A stretch of 64,000 bases of DNA from Podarcis vaucheri (lineage: Eukaryota), in assembly GCA_965113315.1 (NCBI GenBank), contig OZ220366.1. One strand, 5' to 3'. Under the pieces are notes generated by a model. That model saw nothing but the letters and a program-made list of their open reading frames with translations, made no database searches and had not been told where the DNA came from. Position numbers and translations under genes: made by a program. Numbering within the stretch: position 1 is the stretch's first letter; every line of letters begins with the position of its first letter. Positions 51,138 through 64,000 of the stretch are shown here, piece by piece.

Positions 51138-52217
51138 CTGCAATGAAAATATATTGGAAGACTATAGATCAAAGCAACACAAAGTTAGAAAACGCTCAGA
51201 TCAAGTTTCAGTCTGCTGCCACAGAAGGAGGGAGAAAGTTTACATACACTATTAAGCTCATTAAATAGTTCTGATTGTTTCAGCTGAATCAATCAACAAG
51301 GAGTACAAAACCAAAGCCACACAGCTCACAATAAATGCTGATAATGTTAATAGCCTGTTAGAAAAATTCCTGTAAAATAGAAATGAGAAGGGGGAAGAAT
51401 GTTGAGAAGAACAAATCTGCTAAAAGAATATGGTTAAAATTCTCTTGTACTCTTTGCACAAAGTTTACAAGCAAAATTACAGCTGTTCCAAAGCACATCT
51501 GCAAAAGAATATTATTGAATGACTATGTTTCCAGTGGCTAGTTATTGAATTGGTCTTCTGTAGAAATAAACTGAGGTCATAGGCTTTTGTTGTGCTACAA
51601 AATATCTCTTAAATACACGACACCTTTGAAAGCCTGATGGGATATTACTGTGGCTTACTGCCAGGTCAAAATGGACGTTACGAAGGTTAGAGAGCACCTT
51701 TCCCCCCCTCCAGGCTTTATATTATTTAGAAGATGAATGTATGGAAGCCCAACAAAATGTTATCAATAAAGAATTCTATCTGCTTTTAATGATACTGAGA
51801 ATTACTGATAAAAACCTAGTGTGAATAACAGTGCTGTGTCTCAGCTATACAGACTCTGGTCTCAGCTATACAGCTGCAAATAAAATGTTTTAAGTGTGTT
51901 TTCAGTGCAATATACAATGTGACACTAGATAGTGACGGTGAGCCTTATGGAAAATTCAATGTATTTTTTAAAAAGTACTTTAAGAAAAAGAATTTTCACA
52001 GCAGTTTTTATATGTGTCTAGATTCCACCTCAGTATATATTCCTGTAAATCCAACAAACCAAGTATGTTTTTTGAAATATTCCTTTAAAACAGAATGTTC
52101 ATAAATAAGATTTTAGAACGGCATTATCATGTCTTAACCCTTCAAAATGAGTTTGTTCAAATGTGCAGATCCCCCTAATTGTATCAATGCATAAGGAAAA
52201 TGGAATTTGTAACATAC

Positions 52218-52383
52218 CTAAAAGCCTCAATGATATATGCACTAGTTGGGAGGTTTCCGGGGGTGCCTGGCTGCCAAGACAAGGTGACACTATTCTTAGT
52301 GACATCCATGACCTGAGGCTTGGATGGTGGTCCAGGGAGGTCATTTGAATCATAATTTCTGCTGACGGCTGCTCCTCCAGATT
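52218..52383 (-). CDS. ROBO2: ROBO2 coding exon, 166 nt, linker and FN3-1 start: (E)SGGAAVSRNYDSNDLPGPPSKPQVMDVTKNSVTLSWQPGTPGNLPTSAYIIEAF(S)
   Basis: Acceptor ctcctacag|AA, donor AG|gtatgt; phase 1 to 2. Confidence 0.95.
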
Positions 52384-53553
52384 CTGTAGGAGACAAATGC
52401 TTACATTTTGAAAATAAAATCTGTTTAATAAAGGTAAAGTAAAAACAAAACATCAAAACATATTTAAAATACACAGTAGTCCTGTTCAGACATCCGACTC
52501 ATATGCCCAATTAATGCACCCATAGAAAAGGTGGCAGACTCTGCCCATACTCCTCTGCCCATTTATTGAACACTCAAACAAAGGGTGGAATTCAACATTC
52601 CACTCTTCCAATCATTCCATCTTCACAAGCATTTCAGCTTGCCAGACTGAATGTTTTTTTTCTCTCCTTGCCCCATCAACATTTCTGGGGTTTGTCCTGA
52701 CCCACCCTGAGCCAATTTTGAGGAGCATGCGAGGAAGGAGAGACAACATTGTTACAAAACTGAAAGTCCTTGTGCAGGGCCTTCTGCAGATGGGGGCTTA
52801 TTAGGTAATTCCCACCCCTAGGTTATGTATTTATAGCTGCATGGGTGGAAGCCTTTGTTCATGTAAAATGGGATACAATTTCTAGTAGGGTTCTCACATG
52901 GAAAGAGTCTTCTGCATATACAGCTACACATGCAGGGACTCTGCTCGGGTGTTCAATGAATATGAATAGAGGGAAGAACAGAGGTAGCCATTTCCTAGGT
53001 TCACTGAATGTGCAACCTCAGCATCTGAATGGGCTAATAAGATAACCCAGTTTAGAATGAGCGAAGAGAACAGCATAAAGATGACGTTGTGTGTTTCAGG
53101 TTTGGGGAGAAATTTGATTATTTCACTTTTTAATGTGAATATGTCTAATCCACACTTCCAGAACCAATATGGAAACTAAAACACAGCTATTCTTTAAAAT
53201 TCACTCTTCATACAAATTTTCCCTATAGTCAGAAGATGTATATATTAGGGGGAAATAATGTACAAAAATGCACTGCATCGGTAAAGATTGTTTGCAAATA
53301 ATGTACATATTAGGAAAAATCACATAAAAAATGAGTATATTGGAAGAAATTTATCTGCATTTTTATGCAGAAAGGGAATGTACTAAACTTTAGAAACTGA
53401 GAAAAACTGAAATGGATACATTTGTTATCTCTAGTGTGTTCTCTATGAGAATGTCTGGTTTTCATAATTATTTTAACTGTCTAATATATTTTATTCTGTT
53501 TTTACTCTGTTTTATGTATTGTCTTTTTTAGGATGGCTTCTAATGGCTAGACT

Positions 53554-53599
53554 AAACAAACAAACAAACAAACAAACAAACAAACAAACAAACAAACAA
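53554..53599. repeat. (AAAC)n microsatellite
   Basis: Read directly from the sequence. Confidence 0.95.
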
Positions 53600-53789
53600 G
53601 TCAAAAGCTGTCAGTGCTACATTCCAAAAGCTAGCAGGTCTGGTTTTTACCCCATCACATGCCCTTCAAATACACACATGGACATGCAATATCTCACTCC
53701 CCCACACGTAACACATGCACAATCTAACACATGCACCCACACATAAAACACTTTTGTTTTATTTTTAAAAATAGCTCGGTATGGCTTAC

Positions 53790-53871
53790 CTGTCACATCT
53801 AGCACAGCACTCCAAGATGTTTCCCCGCTTGAACTTGTGGCAACACAAGTGTAGGTGCCAGTGTCTGATAT
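53790..53871 (-). CDS. ROBO2: ROBO2 coding exon, 82 nt, Ig5 C-terminal part: ISDTGTYTCVATSSSGETSWSAVLDVT(E)
   Basis: Acceptor tgtgtttag|ATA, donor G|gtaagc; DxGxYxC Ig motif; phase 0 to 1; not in the ORF track. Confidence 0.95.
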
Positions 53872-56800
53872 CTAAACACATGGAAATGTTTGAGGACATT
53901 CTGGTCAAGCCTTTTACATAATCTGTTCATTCAGTTTTCCCAAATGTTTCTCATTGCAGATTAAGAGGGATTAGTTAACACTTGGAATCAGAATAAACTG
54001 AACCAAATATTTCACGATCAACAATTGAATAACATCTACCTGTAGTAAATTATGACAACATTTGTTAATCCTGTTTGATGCATTTTCAAGTTTTCCCCAC
54101 AAACTCTTATGTATCTGTTATTATTAAATTAAATCTGTTTCAGTATTCACAAAATAAACACTGATTTCAACATGCTTTACTGGTAGAAAGCTATCTTCAT
54201 TTTAGTTTTTAAAAGATCTTAGAGCGGAGCAAAATAAAACAACCCAAATGTGTCTGGCAATGAGCTGGCTCTGTGGCTGCTCAAATGGCCCTTAGTGTTG
54301 GCAGCTTCTCATTTTGTCTTTGCTTTGCACTGCATGTAAACTATGCTTTGCGTGAAAGCTGCAGCCACTTGGCCAGTGGTACCAGGGAGCGCTGTTATAC
54401 CCACAGGGAGCCAGATTAGGCCAAGAAAAAGGTCAGGTTACAATACCGGTGCAACTACAGTAGTAATCAGAAATATTTAATTTTCAACTCATTTATTGTA
54501 CTGCTGATGCATGCCCTCCTTATGTCAGTACTCTCTGCAGTTAAATTCCCATTAAGTGCAGAAATTATTGCAGGTTGCCTCTGCAAATTCTTTTGTAGTT
54601 TGACATGGGGGACGGTGATGGTGACAGGATGAAGAAACTCTTGCATAAATGAAGTTGGACAGAAGGATTAATAATCATTCCTGAATGTGCATTTGAAGAA
54701 ACATTCTATTTAAAGCAATGGAATTGAAGGACAGAATCCACATCTGAATGTACATTGAAATGATATGTGCATTTCACTGAAAGCAACGGAATAGCTAGAC
54801 AGTCTTGGCATTGGGACACACATCATGAGGAACATCTGGTTTTTGATCATAGCTCCTAACAGAAATGGTGTCTGATAAGAGTTTGTGTAGATATCTGTGG
54901 TGGAAAAGAAGGAAATTGTAGAATCCAAGAGACAAGTTTGATATATCCCTTAACTGTGTCATTTAAGCCCTCGTCCTTGTTTTGGGACTGCTTGACCCTA
55001 TGTGTTCCAACTCCAGAATGCTATAGCAAAGGAGCAAACCCTTCCTGTCTATTTGACTTGATTTATTATCCCATAGCACAGAAAAAAACCATTAATGATA
55101 TCAACATCTTTAAAAACATAAGATTATTATTATTTAAGCTTCCACAGATACCATTTTTCACCAGGCCATTTTTATATATTTGCTACCATTATAATTGTTT
55201 TGATATACTTTCATGAACTTTCACTAAAAGATATGTATCTCTGACACATTTTCCAGGAAAGGAAATTACATGTTAAAAATGGTTTTAATGGGAAAATATA
55301 CAACATTGCATGCTAGTTTAATCTAGTATTCTTATCCATCTTCTACCTCATTTCTCTTCAGTGGTTCTTATTTCTTCAATGTTTAGCACAGCAATCTCAA
55401 AGCAGAAATCCAAGTCTGAGATCAATCTCAGGTGGAGTGAACACCTGTAACAAATGTCCTCTATATACACTTCCAAATGCATGAACAATAGGTGGTCAAT
55501 GTTTGTTTTTTAATATGGTGGACACTGCCTACTTGAATGCATTTATTGTTTGGAAGTTGAACTACCCATTATGGTGTGTGACTAACCCCAAATATGTCTC
55601 TTCCAATTACGCCTACAACTAGAATCAATTGACTCCTGGGCTGAGTCTAGGCGCATGTCCAGACTGCCAGTGACATCAGGAGTGGAAGCCTCAGAAATGA
55701 TAGGGTCTGGCATGGCAGATATCAATCAAAGTGTAGGCATCACTGTGGTTGTCAAAATTAGAGAAAATCAAAACACTTCATGTAACCATTTTGTCTGTCC
55801 TATGTGTTCAGTTTTGGATTTTGCACAGATTGCTCAAGTAGTATGTTTGCACAGTTTGCAAGATTTGTTGTCATTGTTACTAGGAATTCTCAACTCAGTA
55901 TTATTGCATTTTTATAGTTGTACAACTGTTATACGTATGCTAATGCAACAATTTGTGTAATGTTCAAAAGTCTCCATACAGACTTTGCACACGTGTAGAC
56001 TTTTGTTACTCTACATTGGGCTGTATTGGTGCTCCAGGTGACTTATGTGTATTTATATTGTTTTACTAGAAAATGCTCGATAAAGCTGTGCTTTCTGAAA
56101 AATTGCAAATAGTGAATGCTTAATAACTCCCACCGTATTTGTATGGGTTTCTTGAAGCACCATTAATAAAAAAATTATATTTATTTATGCCCCCACCTCC
56201 CCCCCCCCGATAGGATTTGACCCCAAAATGGATTGGTGCAGTTAATTTTTCAACAGATGGATGGTTAAGGGAAAATTTAAACCTTGTGGTACAAATATAT
56301 CCACATTTGTTTAACTAATATGTCACAATCACCAATTTTTCTCATATTTTTCTGACTGAACGTGAATGTTAAAACTATTCACACTTTTGTTGATATTCTA
56401 TTTCATTTTTAAAAGGGAATATTTTTAAAAAATATTATTTTAGTCTTCTATATAGCTCATGTGTCTCTAACAAAGCGATTAATGGACTTGCATGACTGAA
56501 CACACATTTAGCTGTTTCCATAGCTGGATGAAGGCTGGTATCCCACAAGCTTCTGGCATGTGTATTCTCACCAGAAGCTCATCATCAGTGCTCTGAAAGT
56601 TTGTTTGAAATCACCAAGCTCCCACCTTTAATTGCTGCTTTCTAACACTACTGGGGAATCTTGACTATTCAAGCGCATTCTTTAATCCAGCTCTACAGTA
56701 AAAACGCATTAACCTTCATGGCCCAAACCTGCCTTTAGCCTTGAGACAGAGGATAAATTGTTTACTCAAGGAAAGCTAGCATACATTTTTTAATAAATTC

Positions 56801-57559
56801 CATTTTGTTCCAAGGAGGTTAACAATTCATTTACGAGCACTGATGAGATGGTGGCAGGAAACAAAATAGCCTTTGAATTTTTTTATTTTTTTTTTGTATA
56901 CTAAAGCTGCCTATTTATGAGATGGGGAAGGGAATGAGTGATAATAAAATTAAGTGTTAGCACTACTGCTGACACAACTAAAGAGTACTTGCACTAACAT
57001 TTTAACTGTACATGCAGTAACTATACTTACCATTCTGAGTTTTATAGGTGTGTATATTTATGTCTTTAAAATTGTATCCAATATAATTTATTTGCCACTA
57101 GGTATACAACAATAACCAACCACACAGCATATACTTGGAACACAGCAGAGAGAAGGATAGCCTTAAATATAAAACATAATTCTATCTTCTACTGCAGTGT
57201 GATAAAACTGATGCTATCTTTTATACAGCATCCATCTGAGTAGGATTTAAATTTTGCTCTGAATTTGCTGAGCAGAAGGCAGAAACAATGGGTTCATCCT
57301 CTTCTTCCTTTTATACATGACACTGCTTTGCTACTAAGCACAGTAAACAAATCAAGATTCAGCAAAAAAAATTTGCTGCAGCCCCTCAAGCACATTATCT
57401 TTATAAACACTGTAGCCATAGCTAGGCAATTTGGGAACACCTACATTAATTATAATTAGCTTCACATATTAATTATAATTGGCTTCACATTTAAGCAGGA
57501 TCTGAAACTGTGTTGGGGTAACAAATGGCAAACTTTAAATATGGTAAACATTTGTGGTA

Positions 57560-58330
57560 AATAACTGCTAATATTATGGAATTTTAGGGATCCTTGAATT
57601 CTCTGAGGGATTTCCCAGCAACCAGAGATGACAATCCTGTTGAAGCTGTGGTCTCACTGAGGAATGACAAGATACACTGCGCCATCAGCACATATGCCCC
57701 TGCAGGCCCTCTCCAGAGTTGCATAGCTCAGTTCAGGTAATGAAGCAAGTGGGATGGTGACTAGAGAATAAATGTAACAGAACTTGTTGTGAACCAACCA
57801 AACACATGGTAGTTAGCAGCTATCTCAGCAAACAAGATTCTGGAAACCTTGGAGGCCTGCTGTGATAAATTTGCTAGGCACTTTGAAGATAAACTAGCTT
57901 GGGCTTGAAAACCATTGCTGTAGCAAGTCCAAACAAAGTGTTGAATGCACCATCTGACTTGGTTTATGTTCAGCTTTATGTTCAGGTTTAGTTTCAGCTA
58001 CTGCAGCTTGAATGTGGACAGAGTAATTTTCAACCATTCACCCTCCAGATCCCTTATCAATAGACCATTAGTCAGTTGACTGCATAGGTTCAGTGTTTGG
58101 TGAACCTGTTTTTTACACAAGGGAGCAATGCCTGCCACTCTTAAAGAGCGGTTGCACTACCTCTTGAGGAGTCAGCACACAGTCTGGAGGTGCTCTTTGA
58201 TTCACCGTTATTGCTGAAGGCACAAGTGGTCTCAGTAGCTCAGTTTAGCTGAATGCCCCCCTTAAGTTGTGCCTGAATTGAAAACTGTTAATCCCTCTTG
58301 CACGATCGGACTTTTGTCACTGTTTTAATG
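57560..58330 (+). mobile_element. Highly degenerate L2-type ORF2 fragment
   Basis: Remnants CDKFARHFEDK, FQLL and GAMPATLKE in broken frames resemble the region upstream of the RT domain. Confidence 0.45.
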
Positions 58331-58474
58331 ACAGCAGGTTTACAGTCACTATCCACAAAACAGTTAAGTATGTGAGTACTTGAATTACTATCAGTAAATA
58401 ATTAAATGGTCTTATTTAACTAAATCTCCCGATTACAGACTAGTAAACATGTTATCATAACATATCACACTCAC

Positions 58475-58680
58475 TCGTAAAGGTTTGATTTGCAAGGTTC
58501 CTTGGTCCTGCATAGATGCCCTTGGATCTCTGCCCAGGAAAGTGAATCCTTCTCTTAACCAGCTGATAACAGGCATGGGGTCACCAGTAGCTTTGCACTT
58601 TAGCAAAGCTGTTCCGTCTATTGCCAATGTCTGGTTCACAGGCCCTTGAAGAATGATGGGTGGCGGCCTGTCTGTTAAAA
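58475..58680 (-). CDS. ROBO2: ROBO2 coding exon, 206 nt, Ig5 N-terminal part: (V)LTDRPPPIILQGPVNQTLAIDGTALLKCKATGDPMPVISWLREGFTFLGRDPRASMQDQGTLQIKPLR
   Basis: Acceptor ttttattcag|TT, donor CGA|gtgagt; Ig Cys and Trp present; phase 1 to 0. Confidence 0.95.
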
Positions 58681-58819
58681 CTGAATAAAAACAAAAGTAA
58701 TAGAAATACATCTTGTAATAGTAAAAATCCTGTTTATCATGTCACATTTGTGACAAAGTAGAGATCCCATCCTGAGAAACATTTTCCAAAGAGTGAAACT
58801 TTGGTATTGTTGTAAGACA

Positions 58820-58994
58820 NNNNNNNNNNNNNNNNNNNNNNNNNNNNNNNNNNNNNNNNNNNNNNNNNNNNNNNNNNNNNNNNNNNNNNNNNNNNNNNNN
58901 NNNNNNNNNNNNNNNNNNNNNNNNNNNNNNNNNNNNNNNNNNNNNNNNNNNNNNNNNNNNNNNNNNNNNNNNNNNNNNNNNNNNNNNNNNNNNG
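58820..58994. other. Assembly gap (N run)
   Basis: Read directly from the sequence. Confidence 1.
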
Positions 58995-60271
58995 GAGAAC
59001 ACTGAGTGACTCACTGAGATTCTTGAATTCTTAAAGGAAGGCTGGGAGAAAATTCTGAATCATTTGGCATATGAATATGCTGTGTCTTGAGCCCAGACTC
59101 CAGCAGTTAATTAGGTGGCTTCTGGGAATAGGGCCCTGAAGTAGCCATGAAGGGTTACTTTCCCCCACTGATCTGCTCTAAGGCTATAAATAGGTAGCCC
59201 AGCCCACAGCTTCTGATCCACAGCAGAGGTAACTGAGCGGTGGTCTCCCCATTCCTCTAAAAATGTGATTTCCCATAAGGTATCTTCATAAGTCACTTTG
59301 TTGCCCACCAATGATCAGGGGATGGCCCAACTGCCATGTTGGGCCTGCATCATTGGTTTACAGAAGTATAAGCCTGAGATACCTGTCAGTTCCACCAACA
59401 TTATCCCAGTATATAGGCCGGGAGTGTGATCTTGACCAGCAGCTAGGCTTCCTGATGGCTGTTTTTTTGACCTATGTTACACCATATGTTATGAGCTATA
59501 ACCAATAAAGGTATTACTAATACACTTCAGTCTATGTGTACTGCTTTTGGGCTCACCCTCCCTTCCCATGCTTCACAATGAAAGAATAGTTGATTACGTC
59601 TAGTTATTCTTCAGTGTATACATCCAAGCAGAAATGTAATTTTTGTGTGTAACACAAAAAAATTAACTTTTCAATCAGTTAATTGACTGAATTCCTCTCC
59701 ATTGAGGAACAATTCATGTTTAATCAAACTAACTGCATATACATAAAATCTTTCTATCCCACTTTAAAATTATGAACTCTAATCCTTCCCTTATACACAT
59801 TTGTATGCTTGAGTTACTTTATAAAGTGACTCTGTGACTTATAAGCGCATGGCTGCATATATGCTTCAGTCTGCTACCAGTGGGATATCTCAAATATGAA
59901 GTAGATGCTCATGTTCACTTTTCTTGCAAAAACAGTTTTTCATAAATAATTCTGCTGCTGAATGCATTCCCGTGCCATCTGTTAAGTGGGATATAGCTTC
60001 TTCTTCCTACCTAACTGAAATGACAAACATCATCCTACTGAAATGAAATTACATTGTTCCCCAGTGTTAATATAATTATAGCTATAGCTATTGTTAAGCT
60101 CCCCCAATTACATAAATCCCCATATTATCTAGATAGAATCAGAATTCAAGATTCAGAAATCTAAGGCAGCAGCAGTAGGATGCAAATCATCACTTAGTGT
60201 AACAAAATTGCATGGATTTCTGATTTGGGTTTAGAGTAGGTGGCAGAGAAGTTTTAAAATAAATCAAAAAT

Positions 60272-60278
<7 letters not shown>

Positions 60279-60322
<44 letters not shown>
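60279..60322. repeat. (CA)n microsatellite
   Basis: Read directly from the sequence. Confidence 0.95.
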
Positions 60323-60323
<1 letters not shown>

Positions 60324-61319
60324 CAACAGCCCCTCAGGGCTAGCCCACCATTAAGCAGAGTGAAGCAATTGCCTCAGGCAGATGAAGCTTGAAAGAAGTA
60401 GGCTCCCTTGCCATTTGCTCTTGACTTCCGTGGTCATTCTGGAGTTCAGACTTGTTTGTGCTGAACTGTATGCTATGGAACCTCTAGAACACATTTTCAG
60501 GTACAGTGGAAGATGCCACACTGTTGCCAATACTGAAACTGCCTGCCAGTCCAGTGAGTTTCTGTGCATGGAAATGGTGAGGGGGGGAGGGTGTAATCTT
60601 GTGCAGCAAAATGGTTTAGGCCAATCCATCTGTCTCTACTTCATCAATGCTACATGTGTTAGCAAACAGCTGTTGCCTGCTATCCATTCATTCACAACAC
60701 ACAGTATTGGGCTACTCTGCATTGCTTAAATCAAACATTTTAATATAAATATTTACAGACATACTTGGAAGTTGAACGGTATCTGTTCTGGAAGTCCGTT
60801 CAACTTCCAAAACATTTGGAAACTAAAGTGGGGCTTGGGATTGGCTGCAGGAAACTCCTGCAGCCAAGCGGAAACCGCGGAAGCCCCACTGGACATTTGG
60901 CTTCCAAAGTTGTTCGCAAGCCAGAACAGTCACTTCTGGGTTTGTGGCGTTTGGGAGACAAAACAATCGAGAACTAAGCTGCTTGAAAAGCAAGGTACAG
61001 CTGTATTTTGGGTTGTATCCAAATGTGTTCATCTGCTGAAGGAAGGCTTTTTGATCTGGTAGAGTCTTCTGTAAGCCAAAAGGTGGGGGGCAATTTTTGC
61101 AAAAAAAAACCCTTTCTGCTGTAGTCTCTTGTGCCACACTTCCCCTAGCTTCTTGAGAAGATTTTGGAGGAGAGGGGTCCAGGGGGCTGGAAGGGGAATG
61201 AGGAAATCAGAGGAAAGCCACACACCCCTTTCTACTAACAGAAGTCTCTGAGGAATCAAAAGTGATTTCTTTCACCAGAAGAGCACAGTTGGATAAAACA
61301 CTTCCCTTTTTTACTAGAG

Positions 61320-61674
61320 CAGGGGTGGCCAATTCTCAAGAGACTGCGATCTACTTTCATAATTAAAAACTGGCAGTTATCTACCCCCATTTTTAGGGAG
61401 AAGGAAAGCCCCATTTTTAAGGGGTTAAAAAGCTTTGGGGGGAGTGTTCCGTTTTGGGGGGGGGGTTAAAGGCAAGGGACAAAGGTGTAAAGTCACTCAC
61501 AAAAAGATCACTATGGATCAAAACAGCAGCACAACAATGGAGGGCGGGCTGAGGGGGCTTGGCAGGAGTCAGTTTTAGCGACACTAAAGAAAGGGAGCCA
61601 GAGATTGACCAAGATCTACCAAAACCTCATGGGGATCTACCAGTAGATCATGATCAACCTGTTGGACATCCCTG
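61320..61674. mobile_element. hAT (Charlie-like) non-autonomous element, 355 bp
   Basis: Terminal inverted repeats CAGGGGTGGCCAA...TTGGACATCCCTG; exact 8-bp TSD TACTAGAG at 61312-61319 and 61675-61682; internal GATCTAC repeats. Confidence 0.9.
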
Positions 61675-64000
61675 TACTAGAGCAACTCCATTACAGTCAT
61701 TTTAGGAAAGATGTTCTAAACCTGGCATACATTGTCCCACATTAGGATACTTGCATCAAATCTATTACAGTGAATATGAAAAAAGCCTACACCATCATGA
61801 GTTATGTAGGTGAGCAACAGCTACAGTTTTTTTGAGAGAGAGACTAAGTTAGATTTATAAGGATAACTACTTATTTCTAGTTATTTGTAAAGATATTGGT
61901 TTTGAGACAGGTTACACTGCTAATGTTTTAAAATCCTATTTTTTAAGACAGTGTCTTTGACATCTAATTAGTTTTTACTGTCTAAATAAGTAGATTATAA
62001 TCCTTTAAATGCAACTGATCAATAAAGTAATTGAAAGTCTCCTGGCCAGAAGGAATCTTCATTTTCAAGGGTATTATGGGTGAAAGACTACTACAGGTTT
62101 CCATGACACTAAGGCTAAAGGTTAAATGAACACTTAGGGTTTCCAGTGATCTGTGAACAACTATATTGGCTTCATAACTATAATTTGTAAATCCTCTGTG
62201 CAATGTCTTTAAATTTCCAGAGCTTTGGTCAGAACATTTAAAATATATACTAAAGAAATTCAACACGTGGACTTCCTCAACACAGCAGTTGTCAGCATTT
62301 GGAGACATTTTGAAAATAGCTGCTTAAGTTTAAGAAGCTAAATAAGCCAATTAATATATGCTTCATATCTTTGTCTGTGTTCACACTCCTAGTTTTTTAA
62401 GTTCTTAAAGCGTATTCCACCACTTCTGCCACTTGAATTTCAGAGTCATATGTGTACAAACTTGTGTTCCATTACATTTGTATCCAAATATTCCACTACG
62501 GATTCTAGTATAGAAGGACTGAAGAAAAAGAATGGAGAAAAAAGGTGTACATTAAAATTTAAATTAGCAGTACACAAATCATTCAGGAAAAAAATAATTC
62601 AAATGATTATACTGGAAACATTGTTGGCTTTTTAAAAAACTCTATATTTAAGCAAGTATTACCTATATATCAAGCAATTAGTGATAAGTCTACAGAGCAA
62701 AAGGTACAAAACAACAATAAATTCAGCCAACAACAGTGAATAATGAATAAATTATAGAAAATTGAGATTGGCTTTTAATATTCAAGTGCACTGAAAAAGC
62801 TTAACTGTATAGAGTTAATAATTGAATTTTCTATATTACACTCATGCTGACAGGTATATTGAGGCTTTTAGTATATTTGCATAATGTGCCATTATAAGAC
62901 TGAGGTGCTTACCTAGTTTTCCTTTAAAGAAAATTATTCAGACTGTCTTAATTTTTTAAAAAATGATTTCATTTTTCCATGAGTGAATGTATTTATATGG
63001 AGGTATTTCAAGAAAGCATATCTGAATTTCAAATATATAAGACTGCTGCCACAAGCCATAACTAGCAAAATTATCATTCAGCTTGGGACATTTTATTACA
63101 GCTACTAATCTCTTCTCATATGAACACTACAAACACTTGACTTAAAAGTATTTCCAACAAGGGCTACAAAATGTAACAACTGAAACACAGCTATATATGA
63201 TATAATTAAACATTTGTGGGGGGGTTTCTTGCTAGTATTGTATGTTTTCATTCTGCACTGCCATTTCAATTGGACTTAAATTGCTCTCAAGCAAATAAAA
63301 CTCTGTTCAAAACAAAAATGATAAGTTGCCTCTAGTATTACAGCAACCACCAAATACAAAAAAACCTGAGCTAAGAAGAAACGCTAAATATCAGCAGCCA
63401 AACACCATAAAACTAATAAAGCAAAATATGGCTAATATTACCAATGTTTGTGTGATAATATTTTATCTGAAGTAAGACTCTAGATATCCCATTTCTGTAA
63501 AGTAGCCTCTTTTATTCATGTCAGCAAAAATAATGCCACTTTAAAAAAAAGAAAGACATTAAAATAGAATAATATGCAGGCAGTCTCATGTCTGCTGTTC
63601 TGAATTCCTTGAAGAAATAAAAGAATATATATATGGCAAATAATTAAATGCATAATAAATAGTAATGGGATATGAGTGTATTTAAGCTGCAGATACATCC
63701 CTTAGCCTACAGTCCTATGCATGGCAACATAACAGTCTTATTGAACAGGGTAAGATTTACTTCTGAGTAAGCATTAGATTGCACTGTTATTAATGACTGC
63801 TTCAAGAGAAGGAAATTAAGGAGGTCGTTATTTCTTTTATTAACAGAGAAATACTAAAGAATAACAAAGGCCAGAAGCCTTGACTTTCTCAAGAAAGGAA
63901 GAATTTCTCATCATAGATATCCTTGAACCTGACTTGCTCCTTTCTGCTCCTGTTGCAGTAAATCTTTTCAGCACCAGCAGGTGCAAACATTAACAGCTCA

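Larger units (their letters stand above)
3874..58680 (-). other. ROBO2: Roundabout guidance receptor 2 gene, internal portion (Ig5 through proximal cytoplasmic tail); gene continues beyond both window ends
   Basis: Eleven GT-AG exons splice in one continuous frame. Peptides such as [65 protein letters not shown] and SYPWLADSWPATSLP match my recollection of vertebrate ROBO2 rather than ROBO1/3. Confidence 0.96.

Noticed and set aside
57445-57490. Short tandem duplications (also about 560, 21188, 31194, 51838)
   Set aside because: Ordinary two-copy slippage duplications with no further structure.
58742-59014. ORFs spanning X residues
   Set aside because: Artefact of the N gap.
58740-59580. 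Possible solo LTR (TG start, TATAAA near 59185, AATAAA near 59504, CA end)
   Set aside because: No TSD could be identified and the gap interrupts it; plausible but unsupported.

Overview
Vertebrate genomic DNA from a squamate reptile, probably a lacertid-type lizard (inferred from Sauria SINEs and the L2/CR1/MITE content). The whole window lies inside one large minus-strand gene, the Slit receptor ROBO2. I reconstructed 11 phase-compatible GT-AG coding exons (1626 nt) covering Ig5, the three FN3 domains, the transmembrane helix and the start of the cytoplasmic tail. There is also a 27-nt in-frame microexon (VQSFTFTPA) at 17098-17124 that the ORF track misses. Both ends of the gene lie outside the window. 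The introns are full of mobile DNA: three Sauria SINEs, L2 and CR1 LINE fragments, hAT and Tc1/mariner-type MITEs with clean target-site duplications (TSDs), and microsatellites. The most unusual structure is a decayed but structurally recognisable DIRS-type (tyrosine recombinase) retrotransposon at about 11543-14623, with inverted terminal repeats and an internal complementary region. Nested inside it is a Penelope-like terminal repeat carrying a minimal hammerhead-ribozyme motif on the ROBO2 pre-mRNA strand. There is an assembly gap at 58820-58994. I found no convincing wholly new biological system. The best leads are the microexon, the DIRS/hammerhead nest and the inverted repeat pairs that bracket specific ROBO2 exons. 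Repeat family names and protein comparisons come from motif recognition and recall, not database searches.
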